Below, piece after piece: positions 17,101-26,963 of a stretch of 63,190 nt of DNA. Source of the stretch: Eubacteriales bacterium (GTDB lineage Bacteria > Bacillota > Clostridia > Oscillospirales > CAG-272); the NCBI GenBank assembly GCA_045659365.1, contig JAZOWT010000124.1, forward strand, positions 1 to 63,190, given 5' to 3'. The notes under the pieces were generated by a model. It was not told the origin of the DNA and searched no databases. It worked only from the letters and a program-made list of their open reading frames with translations. Each line of letters opens with the position of its first letter. Positions within the stretch are counted from its first letter, which is position 1. Position numbers and translations under genes: made by a program.

Positions 17101-17722
17101 CAAGAGGTCCGACACGTCCCTCAAGCTCTAAGAGGATATCCTTAACACGGTCAAGGTTATCCTGAGTCTGCTTAAGCTTACGCTCTGACTCTTCCTTTCT
17201 GTGGCGGTATTTAGATATACCTGCCGCTTCCTCGAAGATACTACGGCGCTCATCACTCTTCTTAGAGATGATCTCCGCGATCTTACCCTGTCCGATTATC
17301 GAATAACCCTCACGACCTACACCGGTGTTCATGAAAAGCTCGTATATATCACGAAGACGGCAGGGCTGACGGTTGATGAGATATTCACTCTCTCCGGTAC
17401 GGAAATAGCGTCTAGTTACTATAACCTCATCATACTCGGAGTCAAGACGGTTTTCGGCATCAGTATTGTCGAACGTTACCGAAACCTCGGCAAAGCCCAT
17501 AGGACGGCGCTCATCGGTACCACCGAAGATAACGTCCTCCATCTTTGTACCACGTATATTACGGCTGGAAAGCTCACCAAGAACCCAACGCATAGCATCG
17601 GATATGTTGGATTTACCACTTCCGTTAGGGCCGACAATTACAGTAGCTCCACGCTCGAATGTGAGTACGGTTCTATTCGGGAATGATTTAAATCCGTGAA
17701 GCTCAAGTGATTTTAAGTACAT
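14111..17722 (-). CDS. smc: chromosome segregation protein SMC
   Basis: N-terminus MYLKSLELHGFKSF...GPNGSGKSN, long coiled coils, hinge, and C-terminal LSGGE signature with Walker B ILDEIEAALD. ATG 17722 (RBS GGAAAGGA) is preferred to the ORF-track TTG 17740. Confidence 0.95.
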   Translation of the reverse strand: MYLKSLELHGFKSFPNRTVLTFERGATVIVGPNGSGKSNISDAMRWVLGELSSRNIRGTKMEDVIFGGTDERRPMGFAEVSVTFDNTDAENRLDSEYDEVIVTRRYFRTGESEYLINRQPCRLRDIYELFMNTGVGREGYSIIGQGKIAEIISKKSDERRSIFEEAAGISKYRHRKEESERKLKQTQDNLDRVKDILLELEGRVGPLEKEAEKARKGLAIYEEKKRADVSLWLFDTEKVRIDIEEADKAWKLANHELEIIDQIILDLDAQEQNLYEKTQANRALSHELSEQIIQSNQKLSSLDTALRTADSDFAHSAEMIEQCKIRIAEIENAIEVINSSKKGYEDKKSEFEASLQALMDKRLEFLSEQQRLVEEIAKIKHDLDEALDELTVEEGAANNLQVRIGVLKNSKVNDNTKSEDIELEIKEYEKTGRALKAEADRCENAAADFKVKIAEKEEVIAASNERVEELLGEREEINETLNSLKLERDTLVQRADVLQRMNDHFEGYAESIKFVMREYNAGHISGGKIHGPLSSLISVDKQYITAIETSLGASLQNIVVDNEDVANSAIRALKRANAGRATFYPISAIRSMGETDEIRDSKKMAGFVGRADTLVETNDEYRSIIEWLLLRTVVFDTIENATAAAKKLRYRVKIVTLDGQLISVGGAFTGGSAKKDSGILSRLTEIATLRENAEKLSAKINDTVSAINEINEELTASQDALHTAEQDKELLLTLSRSQFAALDNANAKYEANCNILEKLKYDYNNLIGQQNEADAEIKRLEAEYSAALERIAALKDFRLKRGSEMGVLDEKSDELAGKANETYISIAEARKDIEGVQQMIDSFNDRIAEHESDKGVQNARIRDLTSKRDNIDNIKAENKAEYLELEKKIKELMQLRSETDKGGDEFERELRSIRESKDEKNRSRSVVQESTLRAENRFEQLKEKQDKLGHQIWDEYEITYEQAVELEYPPVTAENREEVAAIQTSCKNRLRALGSYNPGAIEEYAEVKVRYDALNAQYTDLTNSYTELVDIIARIESEMRTSFVSAFEAINHNFGITFRDLFGGGNAELQLTDPEDVLTSGIEIKAAPPGKIIKSLALLSGGEQSFVAIALLFAILKVNPTPFCILDEIEAALDEVNVFRFGEYIKRFGDGTQFILITHRRGTMEIGDRLYGVTMPQRGISQAIELDVQEIEGKQKELLDGVL

Positions 17723-18750
17723 TTGTTTTTTCCTTTCCAAATTCGGATATCGACCTCATACTCAGCAACCTCATCGCATTCTGCAAAATGAAGTCTAAGC
17801 GACGGAAAATCCGAATTTAGGCGAAATTTGTTTTTCTTTTTCTGACCTATAAGCTTAGAAAGCGTACGTGGCGCACCGCATATCTCAACGTTGCACGCAT
17901 CTTCTATACGCATTCCTATAATCTTCTCTTTAATTATTTCGTAGTAATATTCGCTTTCTACAAGCTCACCGAGTGCCGGATGATTAGGGCCTGCATAATA
18001 AGTATTCTCATCCGATAAATTATCTGACGAGCACAATCCTATTCTTATGACCTCGACACCTGCATCCCTGAATATACGGAATGCTCTTGCGGACCTGGAT
18101 ATAGCCTCATCAAGCGCTAGAGGGTGATACTCACCGCACTCCGCCATATAACAAAGCTCAGTATCCTTGAAAACTACGGTTGGATATATTCTAGCACCAG
18201 CACTACCCGATGACACGATGAAGCGAGCAGTTTGCTCTTCTCTTTCGGCAGTTGAACCGGGCAATCCGATCATCATCTGGCCGACAAGCGAAAAGCCGCG
18301 ATCTACAATCATCTTACACGCTGTGGCTTCGCTTTCAAAGGTATGTCCGCGTTTAGTAAGCATCAGAACCTCGTCACACGAGGACTGAAGTCCAAGCTCG
18401 ATCGTTTTAACACCGTAGCGCTTAAGTGTATCTAATATCTTCTCATTTATGTAATCGGGACGCGTAGAGCATCTGATCGAGCTCACCCTACCCGACAAAA
18501 CGTATGAATAAGCAATATTCAACAAATCGCACATAAGCCGGTAGTCGATTCCGGTAAACGAGCCACCAAAAAAGGCAATTTCAGCCTCGGCATCGCATTC
18601 AACGGTTTCGAGTGCTGTATCTATAACTGCTTTTACTGAGTTGATATCAAACTCGGAAACACCGGTTATTGAGCGTTGATTACAAAAGACACACTGATTG
18701 GGGCAACCGAGATGAGGAATAAAAACCGGAATATTTACGTGTCTTGTCAT
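17713..18750 (-). CDS. radical SAM protein (ELP3-like family)
   Basis: CPNQCVFC (CX3CX2C) near the N-terminus. Conserved rnc-radical SAM-smc placement in Clostridia. Confidence 0.8.
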   Translation of the reverse strand: MTRHVNIPVFIPHLGCPNQCVFCNQRSITGVSEFDINSVKAVIDTALETVECDAEAEIAFFGGSFTGIDYRLMCDLLNIAYSYVLSGRVSSIRCSTRPDYINEKILDTLKRYGVKTIELGLQSSCDEVLMLTKRGHTFESEATACKMIVDRGFSLVGQMMIGLPGSTAEREEQTARFIVSSGSAGARIYPTVVFKDTELCYMAECGEYHPLALDEAISRSARAFRIFRDAGVEVIRIGLCSSDNLSDENTYYAGPNHPALGELVESEYYYEIIKEKIIGMRIEDACNVEICGAPRTLSKLIGQKKKNKFRLNSDFPSLRLHFAECDEVAEYEVDIRIWKGKNKCT

Positions 18751-19463
18751 ACCGTAACACCAAAAAGCTCAAGCGCGACTCTTGCGGCCTGCTGCTCTGC
18801 ATCCTTCTTAGTGGTAGCGGTTCCTGTACCAACAACGTTATTATTGACCCGGACCTCCACGGTAAATACCTTATCATGCTCGGGGCCCTCCTCTGCAATC
18901 ACCTTATATTTCAGTGTTGCGGAGCCGTCCTTTTCGACTAACTGCTGAAGTGCAGTCTTATAGTCGTTGTTATTAGTCATTTTGCAGTTGTTTATTTCAT
19001 CGATAAACAGCGACAAAACTATATCTCTCGAGCCCGGTGCAGCAAAATTATCCGAATCGAGATAAATTGCAGCAATCAGGGCCTCAAGTGCATCGGCAAG
19101 CACCTTGGGTCTTCTACGGCAATCCGTAAGCTCCTCGCCGTGACCGACGTTGAGATAATCACCGAGCTTTATCGACATAGCTATGCGGGAAAGTGTTTTT
19201 TCGCAAACCAGGTGCTGTCGCATCTTGGTAAGCACCCCCTCGCTCTTGCCTGAAAGGGTTTCATATAAATGCTCTGATATAAGCAACTGTAAAACGGCAT
19301 CTCCAAGAAACTCCAACCTTTCATTTGACGGATATGAGATACCGCGTGCGCGTTGCTCGTTTGCATAAGAGGAGTGTGTTAGCGCATTTTCAAGGAGAAC
19401 TATATCTCTGAAATGGTAGCCAATAGACCGACTTAAATCAAATATGCTATTTCCTATTGACAC
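18747..19463 (-). CDS. rnc: ribonuclease III
   Basis: RNase III signature NERLEFLGDAVL plus a C-terminal dsRBD. Confidence 0.95.
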   Translation of the reverse strand: MSIGNSIFDLSRSIGYHFRDIVLLENALTHSSYANEQRARGISYPSNERLEFLGDAVLQLLISEHLYETLSGKSEGVLTKMRQHLVCEKTLSRIAMSIKLGDYLNVGHGEELTDCRRRPKVLADALEALIAAIYLDSDNFAAPGSRDIVLSLFIDEINNCKMTNNNDYKTALQQLVEKDGSATLKYKVIAEEGPEHDKVFTVEVRVNNNVVGTGTATTKKDAEQQAARVALELFGVTV

Positions 19464-19481
19464 TGCGCCACCTCACCTTTC

Positions 19482-20519
19482 TTAATCTGTTGTGCTATAC
19501 ATTCTTTCTGATTCTGCGATAATCTTCTTCTCGTCATAATCCACGGCATATCCTGCTATATCTGCATTTATACCGGTTTCAACGAAGTATATCGCCTGTC
19601 TTACCGCGTTCTTTATGGCCTTTGCATCCGACGAGCCGTGCGCCTTTATGACGGGCTTGGAAATACCGAGTATAGGTGCGCCGCCGTGCTCTGAGGCATC
19701 AAAGCGATGCTTTACGTCACGAAGCTTCTCCTTAATTGTAAGGCTGGAAAGCTGAGTAGCAAGATTGGCCGTAAGAATGTCCTTAAGGATATCCATCATG
19801 AACTTACTCATTCCCTCTATGCTCTTAAGAAAAATATTTCCGGTATATCCGTCGCAGACAAGAACGTCGCAAGCACCGAACGGAACTGCTTTGGATTCTA
19901 CGTTACCAACAAAGTTCAATCCGCTTTCGGAAAGCAGCTGATATGACTCAACCTGAAGCGCATTTCCCTTGTTGTACTCTGTTCCGTTATTCAACTGTCC
20001 GACACGCGGACGGTCTATATTGTATATCTTTTCCATGTATTTTGCGCCCATAAACGCAAACTGCATAATATTATCCGACGTCACTGTCAGGTTAGCACCC
20101 GAGTCCATAAGCAAAACGGGATTCGCAAGAGGAAGCACCGAGGCAATCGCAGGACGGTTGATGCCCAGGATACGCTTGACAATAAGAGTTGCACCGGTTA
20201 TAAGCGCTCCAGTGTTTCCGGCACTTACAAATGCATCCGCCTCTCCGTTTGCAACCATGCGCAAACCTACACTCATAGAGGAATCCTTTTTCTCTCTTAC
20301 GACACACATGGGCTTATCCTCCATCGTTATGACAGAGGGGGCATTGACAATATTAAGCTTGGAAATATCTATTTCGTTTTTCACGGCGATATCGGAAATA
20401 ACGTTTTCATCTCCGACTATCGTAATTTCGGCATCAAATGTGGATGCCGCTTCAACAGCACCGATTATAAGCTCAAGCGGTGCATTATCGCCGCTCATTA
20501 CATCAACTGCTATTCTCAT
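19482..20519 (-). CDS. plsX: phosphate acyltransferase PlsX
   Basis: MRIAVDVMSGDNAP N-terminus and full-length PlsX-like sequence. Confidence 0.93.
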   Translation of the reverse strand: MRIAVDVMSGDNAPLELIIGAVEAASTFDAEITIVGDENVISDIAVKNEIDISKLNIVNAPSVITMEDKPMCVVREKKDSSMSVGLRMVANGEADAFVSAGNTGALITGATLIVKRILGINRPAIASVLPLANPVLLMDSGANLTVTSDNIMQFAFMGAKYMEKIYNIDRPRVGQLNNGTEYNKGNALQVESYQLLSESGLNFVGNVESKAVPFGACDVLVCDGYTGNIFLKSIEGMSKFMMDILKDILTANLATQLSSLTIKEKLRDVKHRFDASEHGGAPILGISKPVIKAHGSSDAKAIKNAVRQAIYFVETGINADIAGYAVDYDEKKIIAESERMYSTTD

Positions 20520-21866
20520 TTATTTCTTGAGGTGCGAAAAACGTTCCCTTATTATCTCAGCAGAGCGCTCGGCATATGCTGCGTTTCTCGCTTTTTTTCC
20601 TCCCTTGATTTTTTTATCGAAAGGTGCTATTATGCCGAAGTTGGCATTCATGGGCTGGAACGACGAGCTTACACCCCCCTCACTGACGTAGTGCGCCAGC
20701 GCGCCGATCTCAGTTTCCTTAGGAAATGTCATAGCCGACTCACCGAGAGCCAAAAGCGCAGCATTGACGCCTGCAACAAAGCCTGATGAGGTTGACTCAA
20801 CGTACCCCTCTACACCTGTCATCTGACCTGCAAAAAACAAATTTGCATTTGTGGTGGTAGCGTATGTCGGAGTAAGAAATCCGGGAGAGTTGAGGTAGGT
20901 ATTTCTGTGCATAACACCAAATCTAAAGAACTCGGCCTCCTCAAGTCCGGGAATAAGTCTGAACACCCTTTTCTGCTCACCGAAGGTAAGATGAGTCTGG
21001 AATCCGACGATATTATACATCGTTCCCTCTTTGTTTTCCCTTCTGAGCTGTACGGTAGCAAAGGCATCCTCACCGGTATCAGGACAAGGAAGTCCTACCG
21101 GCTTCATAGGGCCAAAGCGAAGAGTATCATATCCTCTTTTTGCCATTACTTCAACGGGCATACATCCTTCAAAAACAGTCAGATCAGACTGCTCTTTTTT
21201 ATCAAAATCCTTGAGTTCTGCCAGCTCTGCGCTAATAAGAGCATTGTAGAATATGTCGTACTGCTCCCTTGTCATCGGGCAATTAAGATAATCGGTAGGC
21301 TCCCCCTTGCCGTAACGTGATGCAAAGAATGCAACGTCAGTATTGACAGTAGAAAAATCAACGATGGGCGCTGCAGCATCAAAAAAGTGAAGCTCTGTTC
21401 CGCCGGTCATTTCTGCAATGCACACGGAAAGTGCATCAGAGGTCAGGGGACCGGTTGCAATTACAGTAATTCCGTCCTCCGGGATCCTGTCAACCTCCTC
21501 GTTGTGTACGGTTATATTCTCACAAGACTTGATCTTTTCGGTTATATATCGACTGAAATCATTACGGTTTACAGCCAACGCGCTACCTGCAGGTACAGCG
21601 GTAGCATAAGCAGATTCCATTATCAACGAGCCAAGTGCCGACAGCTCCTCCTTAAGGAGTCCTACTGCATTGGACGGATCGTTGGAGCGTAACGAATTAG
21701 AGCACACAAGCTCCGCAAAGTCGGAGTTATGGTGCGCCGGCGAAAACTTCACCGGCTTCATCTCATACAGATCCACCTTAACTCCAAGCTTCGCAGCCTG
21801 ATATGCCGCTTCGCACCCTGCAAGGCCTGCGCCAATTACTTTAATTGAGGGCTTATCGTTCATCAC
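20520..21866 (-). CDS. trmFO: methylenetetrahydrofolate--tRNA-(uracil-5-)-methyltransferase TrmFO
   Basis: FAD motif VIGAGLAGCEAA. Length and topA-adjacent position are as in Bacillus (gid). Confidence 0.93.
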   Translation of the reverse strand: MMNDKPSIKVIGAGLAGCEAAYQAAKLGVKVDLYEMKPVKFSPAHHNSDFAELVCSNSLRSNDPSNAVGLLKEELSALGSLIMESAYATAVPAGSALAVNRNDFSRYITEKIKSCENITVHNEEVDRIPEDGITVIATGPLTSDALSVCIAEMTGGTELHFFDAAAPIVDFSTVNTDVAFFASRYGKGEPTDYLNCPMTREQYDIFYNALISAELAELKDFDKKEQSDLTVFEGCMPVEVMAKRGYDTLRFGPMKPVGLPCPDTGEDAFATVQLRRENKEGTMYNIVGFQTHLTFGEQKRVFRLIPGLEEAEFFRFGVMHRNTYLNSPGFLTPTYATTTNANLFFAGQMTGVEGYVESTSSGFVAGVNAALLALGESAMTFPKETEIGALAHYVSEGGVSSSFQPMNANFGIIAPFDKKIKGGKKARNAAYAERSAEIIRERFSHLKK

Positions 21867-24124
21867 TCAATTACCGTCATTTCTTCCTCGCGCTTGTATC
21901 CGCAGGCTTTATTTTTACACATAACTGTTTTTTTGCTCTTTCTGTAATAAAGCATGTCTGAACAGTCGGGACATTTTTCAACAAGAGGCATATCCCAAGT
22001 GGAGAAATCACACTTAGGATAGTTCTCGCAGCTATAAAACAGTGTTCTTCCGCGACCGTGACGCGCAAACACCTTAGACTGACACTTAGGACAAGGAACT
22101 CCGGTCTCTACAGTCTTCTGCTTTGTAAAGGTACAGGTAGGATAGTTGGAGCAGGCATAGAATACACCATATCTGCCGTTTCTGACAACCATCTCCTCAC
22201 CGCAAACCTCACACTTGAAGCCTGCGAGCTCAACCTGCTTTTCCTCCTCGCGTACAACCACGTTGCCATCCTTATCTACCGCCTTGGTGTTTTTACATGC
22301 CGGGTAGTTGGGACAAGCAAGGAACTTGCCGAATCTGCCGTTTTTATATACCATCTTAGTGCCGCATTTTTCGCAAACTACGTCACTTTCCTCATATTCA
22401 GACTCGATCTTAACCTTAGATTCGAGCTTGGATGCCGCGCCGAGCTCCTCGTTGAACTTGGTATAGAAGTCAGACAAAACGCCGACTATCGTATTTTCTT
22501 TGTTCTCGATAGAGTCGAGGTTGGACTCCATGAGCGCGGTATATTCATAGTCTATAATTTCGGGAAAATGCTCACGCATGAACTTGGTGGTTACCTCTCC
22601 GAGCTCGGTTGCAACAAGCGACTTTCCGTCGCGCTTAACATAATTTCTTGAAATAATTATGGAGATTATGGGCGCGTAGGTAGAGGGACGGCCAATGCCG
22701 TTCTCCTCAAGGAACTTAATCAAGGATGCCTCGGTATATCTCGCAGGGGGCTCGGTAAAGTGCTGCTGCTTAACTACGTTATTGCACTTAAGCGACTGGT
22801 TTTCCTTGATATTGGGAAGACCGAGCATCATAAGCTCCTCTACGTCGAGGTCCTCAAATTCACCGCCGTAAAGCACAAGGTAGCCCTTGGACTTAAGCTG
22901 ATAGCCGCCGGTTTTAAATATATATCCCGAGTTTTCAAGCTCGATAGATACAGTATCGAATGATGCACTTACCATCTGGCTGGCAAGGAATCTTTCCCAT
23001 ATAAGTCTGTAAAGCTTATGCTGCTCCGAGGTAAGGAACTTCCTAACAGACTTGGGAGTTATTGCAACGTTTGCAGGTCTGATAGCCTCGTGCGCATCCT
23101 GAGAATTAGCACCGCTCTTGTAAACGCGGGGCGAGTCAGGAATATACTCCTCGCCGTAGTTCTTCTTAATGAGTGCGATAGCAGCATCCTGTGCCGCCTC
23201 GGATATACGGGTAGAGTCGGTACGCATGTACGTAATAAGACCCTGTACACCGCCAAGCTCTGCGCCAAGGTTCAAGCCGTCATAAAGCTCCTGTGCAACC
23301 TTCATGGTTTTCTGAGCCTGGAAGCCAAGCTTCTTTGATGCCTCCTGCTGGAGGGTTGAGGTTGTGAAGGGCGGTGCGGGCATCTTCTGCTTTTCCTGAT
23401 GCTTAACGGAAATTACGTTAAATGCCTTGCCACTGACTGCATCAGCGACCTCGGTGGCTATCTGCTCATTCTCGAGCTTGACCTTTCCGTTCTTATCACC
23501 GAAAAATCTTACTGTGGTTTCAGCATCATCGGTCTGAAGAGTAGCCTCTACAGTCCAATACTCCTGAGGAACAAAGGAGCGTATCTCCTCTTCCCTTTCG
23601 GTAACTATACGCATAGCCACCGACTGAACACGTCCACCAGAAAGTCCGCTCTTAACGTTTTTCCAAAGTATCTGGCTGAGATTGAATCCTATAAGTCTAT
23701 CAAGGATTCTACGCGCCTGCTGGGAATTAACAAGATCTATATTAATGCGTCTGGGCTTCTTTATAGCCTCCTTGACCGCCGCCTTTGTAATCTCATTGAA
23801 TGTAACTCTGCATTCCTTTTCTGCAGGAATGTCAAGTTGGGATGCTATATGCCATGAAATAGCCTCTCCCTCACGGTCAGGGTCGGTTGCGAGAAATATC
23901 TTAGAAGCGCCCTTTGCCTCTTTTTTCAATTCCTTGATTACGTCACCCTTACCGCGGATGTTTATATAGTGAGGCTCAAATCCGTTGTCAACGTCTATAC
24001 CAAGAGTGCTTTTGGGGAGGTCGCGGATATGACCCTTGGAAGCTATGACCTTGTAGTTTGAGCCGAGATAGCCTTTGATAGTATTTGCCTTTGCAGGCGA
24101 CTCAACGATTACTAAATTTGCCAT
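21863..24124 (-). CDS. topA: DNA topoisomerase I
   Basis: TOPRIM (LVIVESPAKA, DPDREGE), active-site YMRTDS, and four C-terminal CxxC...CxxC zinc ribbons. Confidence 0.97.
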   Translation of the reverse strand: MANLVIVESPAKANTIKGYLGSNYKVIASKGHIRDLPKSTLGIDVDNGFEPHYINIRGKGDVIKELKKEAKGASKIFLATDPDREGEAISWHIASQLDIPAEKECRVTFNEITKAAVKEAIKKPRRINIDLVNSQQARRILDRLIGFNLSQILWKNVKSGLSGGRVQSVAMRIVTEREEEIRSFVPQEYWTVEATLQTDDAETTVRFFGDKNGKVKLENEQIATEVADAVSGKAFNVISVKHQEKQKMPAPPFTTSTLQQEASKKLGFQAQKTMKVAQELYDGLNLGAELGGVQGLITYMRTDSTRISEAAQDAAIALIKKNYGEEYIPDSPRVYKSGANSQDAHEAIRPANVAITPKSVRKFLTSEQHKLYRLIWERFLASQMVSASFDTVSIELENSGYIFKTGGYQLKSKGYLVLYGGEFEDLDVEELMMLGLPNIKENQSLKCNNVVKQQHFTEPPARYTEASLIKFLEENGIGRPSTYAPIISIIISRNYVKRDGKSLVATELGEVTTKFMREHFPEIIDYEYTALMESNLDSIENKENTIVGVLSDFYTKFNEELGAASKLESKVKIESEYEESDVVCEKCGTKMVYKNGRFGKFLACPNYPACKNTKAVDKDGNVVVREEEKQVELAGFKCEVCGEEMVVRNGRYGVFYACSNYPTCTFTKQKTVETGVPCPKCQSKVFARHGRGRTLFYSCENYPKCDFSTWDMPLVEKCPDCSDMLYYRKSKKTVMCKNKACGYKREEEMTVIE

Positions 24125-24149
24125 AATTGAGTGAGCTAAGCTCCTTTCT

Positions 24150-25409
24150 TTAATTTCGACGAACCTTTTCGCCGGGTAAGACAGTTATGAATCTGCCCAT
24201 TTCGAGCTTGAGAATGCCTTTCATAACGTCTCTCATTGAAAGCTCGGAATCAGCAAGCGACTCTATGGTACACTCGCTACCGAGCGGTATTTTCTTATAA
24301 ATTTTAAGCGCCTTTGCACCAAAGCCGGAAAAGTCCGGTGTCTGCACAGGCTGTTCCGTTTGTTCGGGAAGCTCCTCGGACTTGACCTCTGGCTTCTCCT
24401 TGACCTTGGTTCTTGAGCGCGATGTCTTGAATATAGGATCATCCTGCGTTACACAGGCTATCTTAAGCATCGACAAAACCTCCGGCATATTTATCGGTAC
24501 ATTTTTAGCCAGCTCAAACGGATTAAGCTTGCCCATTGATGACATCTCGAAATCACGAACGATATCATCCGCTCCGGTACAAACTCTCGCACCATTTTTA
24601 AGAAGCAGGTTGCAAACCTCGCTATTGGGATTGCCGATATTACCGGGAACAGCATACACTGTACGCCCCTGCTCCTTGGCATGGCGGGCGGTCAAGAGTG
24701 CGCCGCTGCGTTCTTTACCCTCGATGACAAGCACGACCTTGGATAAACCGCTAATTATACGGTTTCTCACAGGAAAATTATGACCATCAGGACGGGCGCC
24801 CGGAGGATACTCGGTAAATACACAACCGGTTTTGACGATTTCTCTGGCGAGCGGACGGTGTTCCTTGGGATAACACACGTCAATGCCGCTACCGATAACC
24901 GCAACGGTTGTTTTGCCTGCCGCAAGTGCGCCTGCATGAGCGACAGCGTCAATTCCTATTGCCATACCGGAAACTATTGTTGCTCCGGAACGCGCAAGAT
25001 CATAGGCGATTGTAAAAGCATTTTTCTTGCCATATTCCGTAAGTCGTCGTGTTCCGACAACCGCAATCGTAAACAGGCTTGAAAAATCGGGTAATACACC
25101 GCGGTAATACAAGAGCACCGGCGGTGTTGGGATATCCCTTAATGATTCGGGATACCTGTCGTCAGCATACGTAAGTATACCAACATTTTTTGACGTACAA
25201 AAATCAAGAACAAGCTCCGCCTGCTCGAGACTTTTGTTTGTCAAAGACTCATAGTCACGGGAACGTGAGGTGACAACCGAAGCTATCTGATCGTCATCGG
25301 CATCATATACCTCTTTCGCAGTATCGAACTTGCCGAGCAAGGATGCAAATGTCTGCGAGCCGGGAGTACATGCCAACGAAAGCCAAATCCAATATATGAG
25401 TTCCTGCAT
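24150..25409 (-). CDS. dprA: DNA-processing protein DprA
   Basis: SGMAIGIDAVAH Rossmann-like core and a C-terminal winged-helix-like tail. ATG 25409 has a GGAGGG RBS and avoids overlap with the upstream gene. The ORF-track start 25475 is probably an over-extension. Confidence 0.9.
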   Translation of the reverse strand: MQELIYWIWLSLACTPGSQTFASLLGKFDTAKEVYDADDDQIASVVTSRSRDYESLTNKSLEQAELVLDFCTSKNVGILTYADDRYPESLRDIPTPPVLLYYRGVLPDFSSLFTIAVVGTRRLTEYGKKNAFTIAYDLARSGATIVSGMAIGIDAVAHAGALAAGKTTVAVIGSGIDVCYPKEHRPLAREIVKTGCVFTEYPPGARPDGHNFPVRNRIISGLSKVVLVIEGKERSGALLTARHAKEQGRTVYAVPGNIGNPNSEVCNLLLKNGARVCTGADDIVRDFEMSSMGKLNPFELAKNVPINMPEVLSMLKIACVTQDDPIFKTSRSRTKVKEKPEVKSEELPEQTEQPVQTPDFSGFGAKALKIYKKIPLGSECTIESLADSELSMRDVMKGILKLEMGRFITVLPGEKVRRN

Positions 25410-25431
25410 AGTGTCACCCTCCACGTAAAAA

Positions 25432-26268
25432 TCAGTTATTCTTTCCCTGCTCCCACATAAAGATCGCCGCCGCAACCGATGCGTTCAGCGACTCGGTGTT
25501 TGCCGAAATCGGGATATAAACACTTCCGTCACAAGCGGATGAAATCTCCACCGGAATACCGTGTCCCTCGTTGCCGATAACAAACACATCTGTAGAACGT
25601 GCCCGGACATCGCTAAGAGCTATGGCGTTCTCAGACAGCTCGGCAGCATATACACAGCGGCCGTTCGCCTGCGCCGAGGATATGAATGAAGCAAAGTCAC
25701 GAACAATGCTAACCTTAACCTTAAACAAAGAGCCCATAGCACTTCTTATGGTTTTGAAATTGTATATATCCGCAGAGTCTGAGCTGAGTACAATGTGCTG
25801 AGCACCAAAAGCCACAGCACTTCTGATCACGGATCCGACGTTACCCGGGTCGCGAACCGAACACAGCGCAATGGCTCTTTCACCGTTCTGTAAAAAAAAG
25901 TCTTCCTTATATATTATATCCAACTCTTTAAAAAAGTCAAGATATTTCATAATACTTATGATGCCCTGAGGTGCTTTTTCGGTAGAAATTTTTTCAAAAA
26001 CCCCTTCAGAGACGATAATCAGCTCTGTATCCGCGTAAATATCCGAGGAAAAAGCCGACTCTATTCTTGAAGAAATCGCATCAAATCTTTTCTCAGAAAC
26101 GAACACGTGAGTTATTGGCAGACCGGCCTCAGCGGCCTCAAACGTGAGCTTTTCCCCCTCCGCAATAAATGCCCTGGAAGCACGTCTTCCCTTCTTATCA
26201 TGCAGGCTTGCCACCCACTTAATTGTGGCATTCTGCCTGCTAGTAAGTGCCGTTTTTTGTATTTTCAT
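25432..26268 (-). CDS. TrmH/SpoU-family RNA 2'-O-methyltransferase
   Basis: C-terminal SPOUT motifs (DPGNVGSVIRSA, FVIGNEGHGI, SLNASVAAAI). Confidence 0.85.
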   Translation of the reverse strand: MKIQKTALTSRQNATIKWVASLHDKKGRRASRAFIAEGEKLTFEAAEAGLPITHVFVSEKRFDAISSRIESAFSSDIYADTELIIVSEGVFEKISTEKAPQGIISIMKYLDFFKELDIIYKEDFFLQNGERAIALCSVRDPGNVGSVIRSAVAFGAQHIVLSSDSADIYNFKTIRSAMGSLFKVKVSIVRDFASFISSAQANGRCVYAAELSENAIALSDVRARSTDVFVIGNEGHGIPVEISSACDGSVYIPISANTESLNASVAAAIFMWEQGKNN

Positions 26269-26286
26269 AACAGTCCTCCATCAGAG

Positions 26287-26326
26287 TTAAAAAATCCCGG
26301 TCCACCTTGCGGTTAACCGGGATTTG
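26287..26326 (-). terminator. intrinsic terminator after rplT
   Basis: On the minus strand, AATCCCGG...CCGGGATT (26293-26300 / 26318-26325) is followed by a T-run. Confidence 0.7.
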
Positions 26327-26329
26327 ATA

Positions 26330-26683
26330 TTAGAGAGCAGCCTTTGCCATCTCGCAGATCTTTGCAAATGCTTCCTTATCGGAAACTGCAAGCTCAGCAA
26401 GCATCTTACGGTTGAGATCGATACCTGCAACCTTGATGCCGTGCATAAGGGTGGAGTAGTTCATACCGTTAACCTTTGCCTGAGCGGAAATACGAGTGAT
26501 CCAAAGAGAACGGAAATCTCTCTTCTTAAGCTTACGTCCTGCAAATGCATAGTTGCCGCTCTTAAGAACAGCCTGCTTTGCCATCTTGAAATGCTTGGAC
26601 TTTGCGCCCCAGTAGCCCTTAGCAGCCTTGAGTACGCTCTTTCTTCTCTTGCGCGTCATTATAGCGCCCTTAATTCTAGCCAT
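26330..26683 (-). CDS. rplT: 50S ribosomal protein L20
   Basis: [30 protein letters not shown] is a typical L20 N-terminus. Confidence 0.97.
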   Translation of the reverse strand: MARIKGAIMTRKRRKSVLKAAKGYWGAKSKHFKMAKQAVLKSGNYAFAGRKLKKRDFRSLWITRISAQAKVNGMNYSTLMHGIKVAGIDLNRKMLAELAVSDKEAFAKICEMAKAAL

Positions 26684-26719
26684 TTTATATCTTCCTCCAA
26701 ATTTTCTCTTTGTTCCCTA

Positions 26720-26914
26720 TTACTTCTGAATAAGGGTTCTGTAGGTGGGTCCGAAGCACTCGCTGAGGATTGCGCTCTTGCGAAGGCCTCTCTTACGCTT
26801 CGAGGTCTTGTGACCGAGGTTATGACGATGGTTGTTGTGAGACATCTTTACCTTACCGCTACCAGTAAGAGAAAATCTCTTGGCAGATGCCTTATGAGTC
26901 TTGATCTTTGCCAT
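26720..26914 (-). CDS. rpmI: 50S ribosomal protein L35
   Basis: MAKIKTHKASAKRF...; 64 aa, basic. Lies in infC-rpmI-rplT order. Confidence 0.95.
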   Translation of the reverse strand: MAKIKTHKASAKRFSLTGSGKVKMSHNNHRHNLGHKTSKRKRGLRKSAILSECFGPTYRTLIQK

Positions 26915-26963
26915 TTTTATTTCTCCTTTTTGGGATGTACCCTATTTTAATACAAATTTAGAA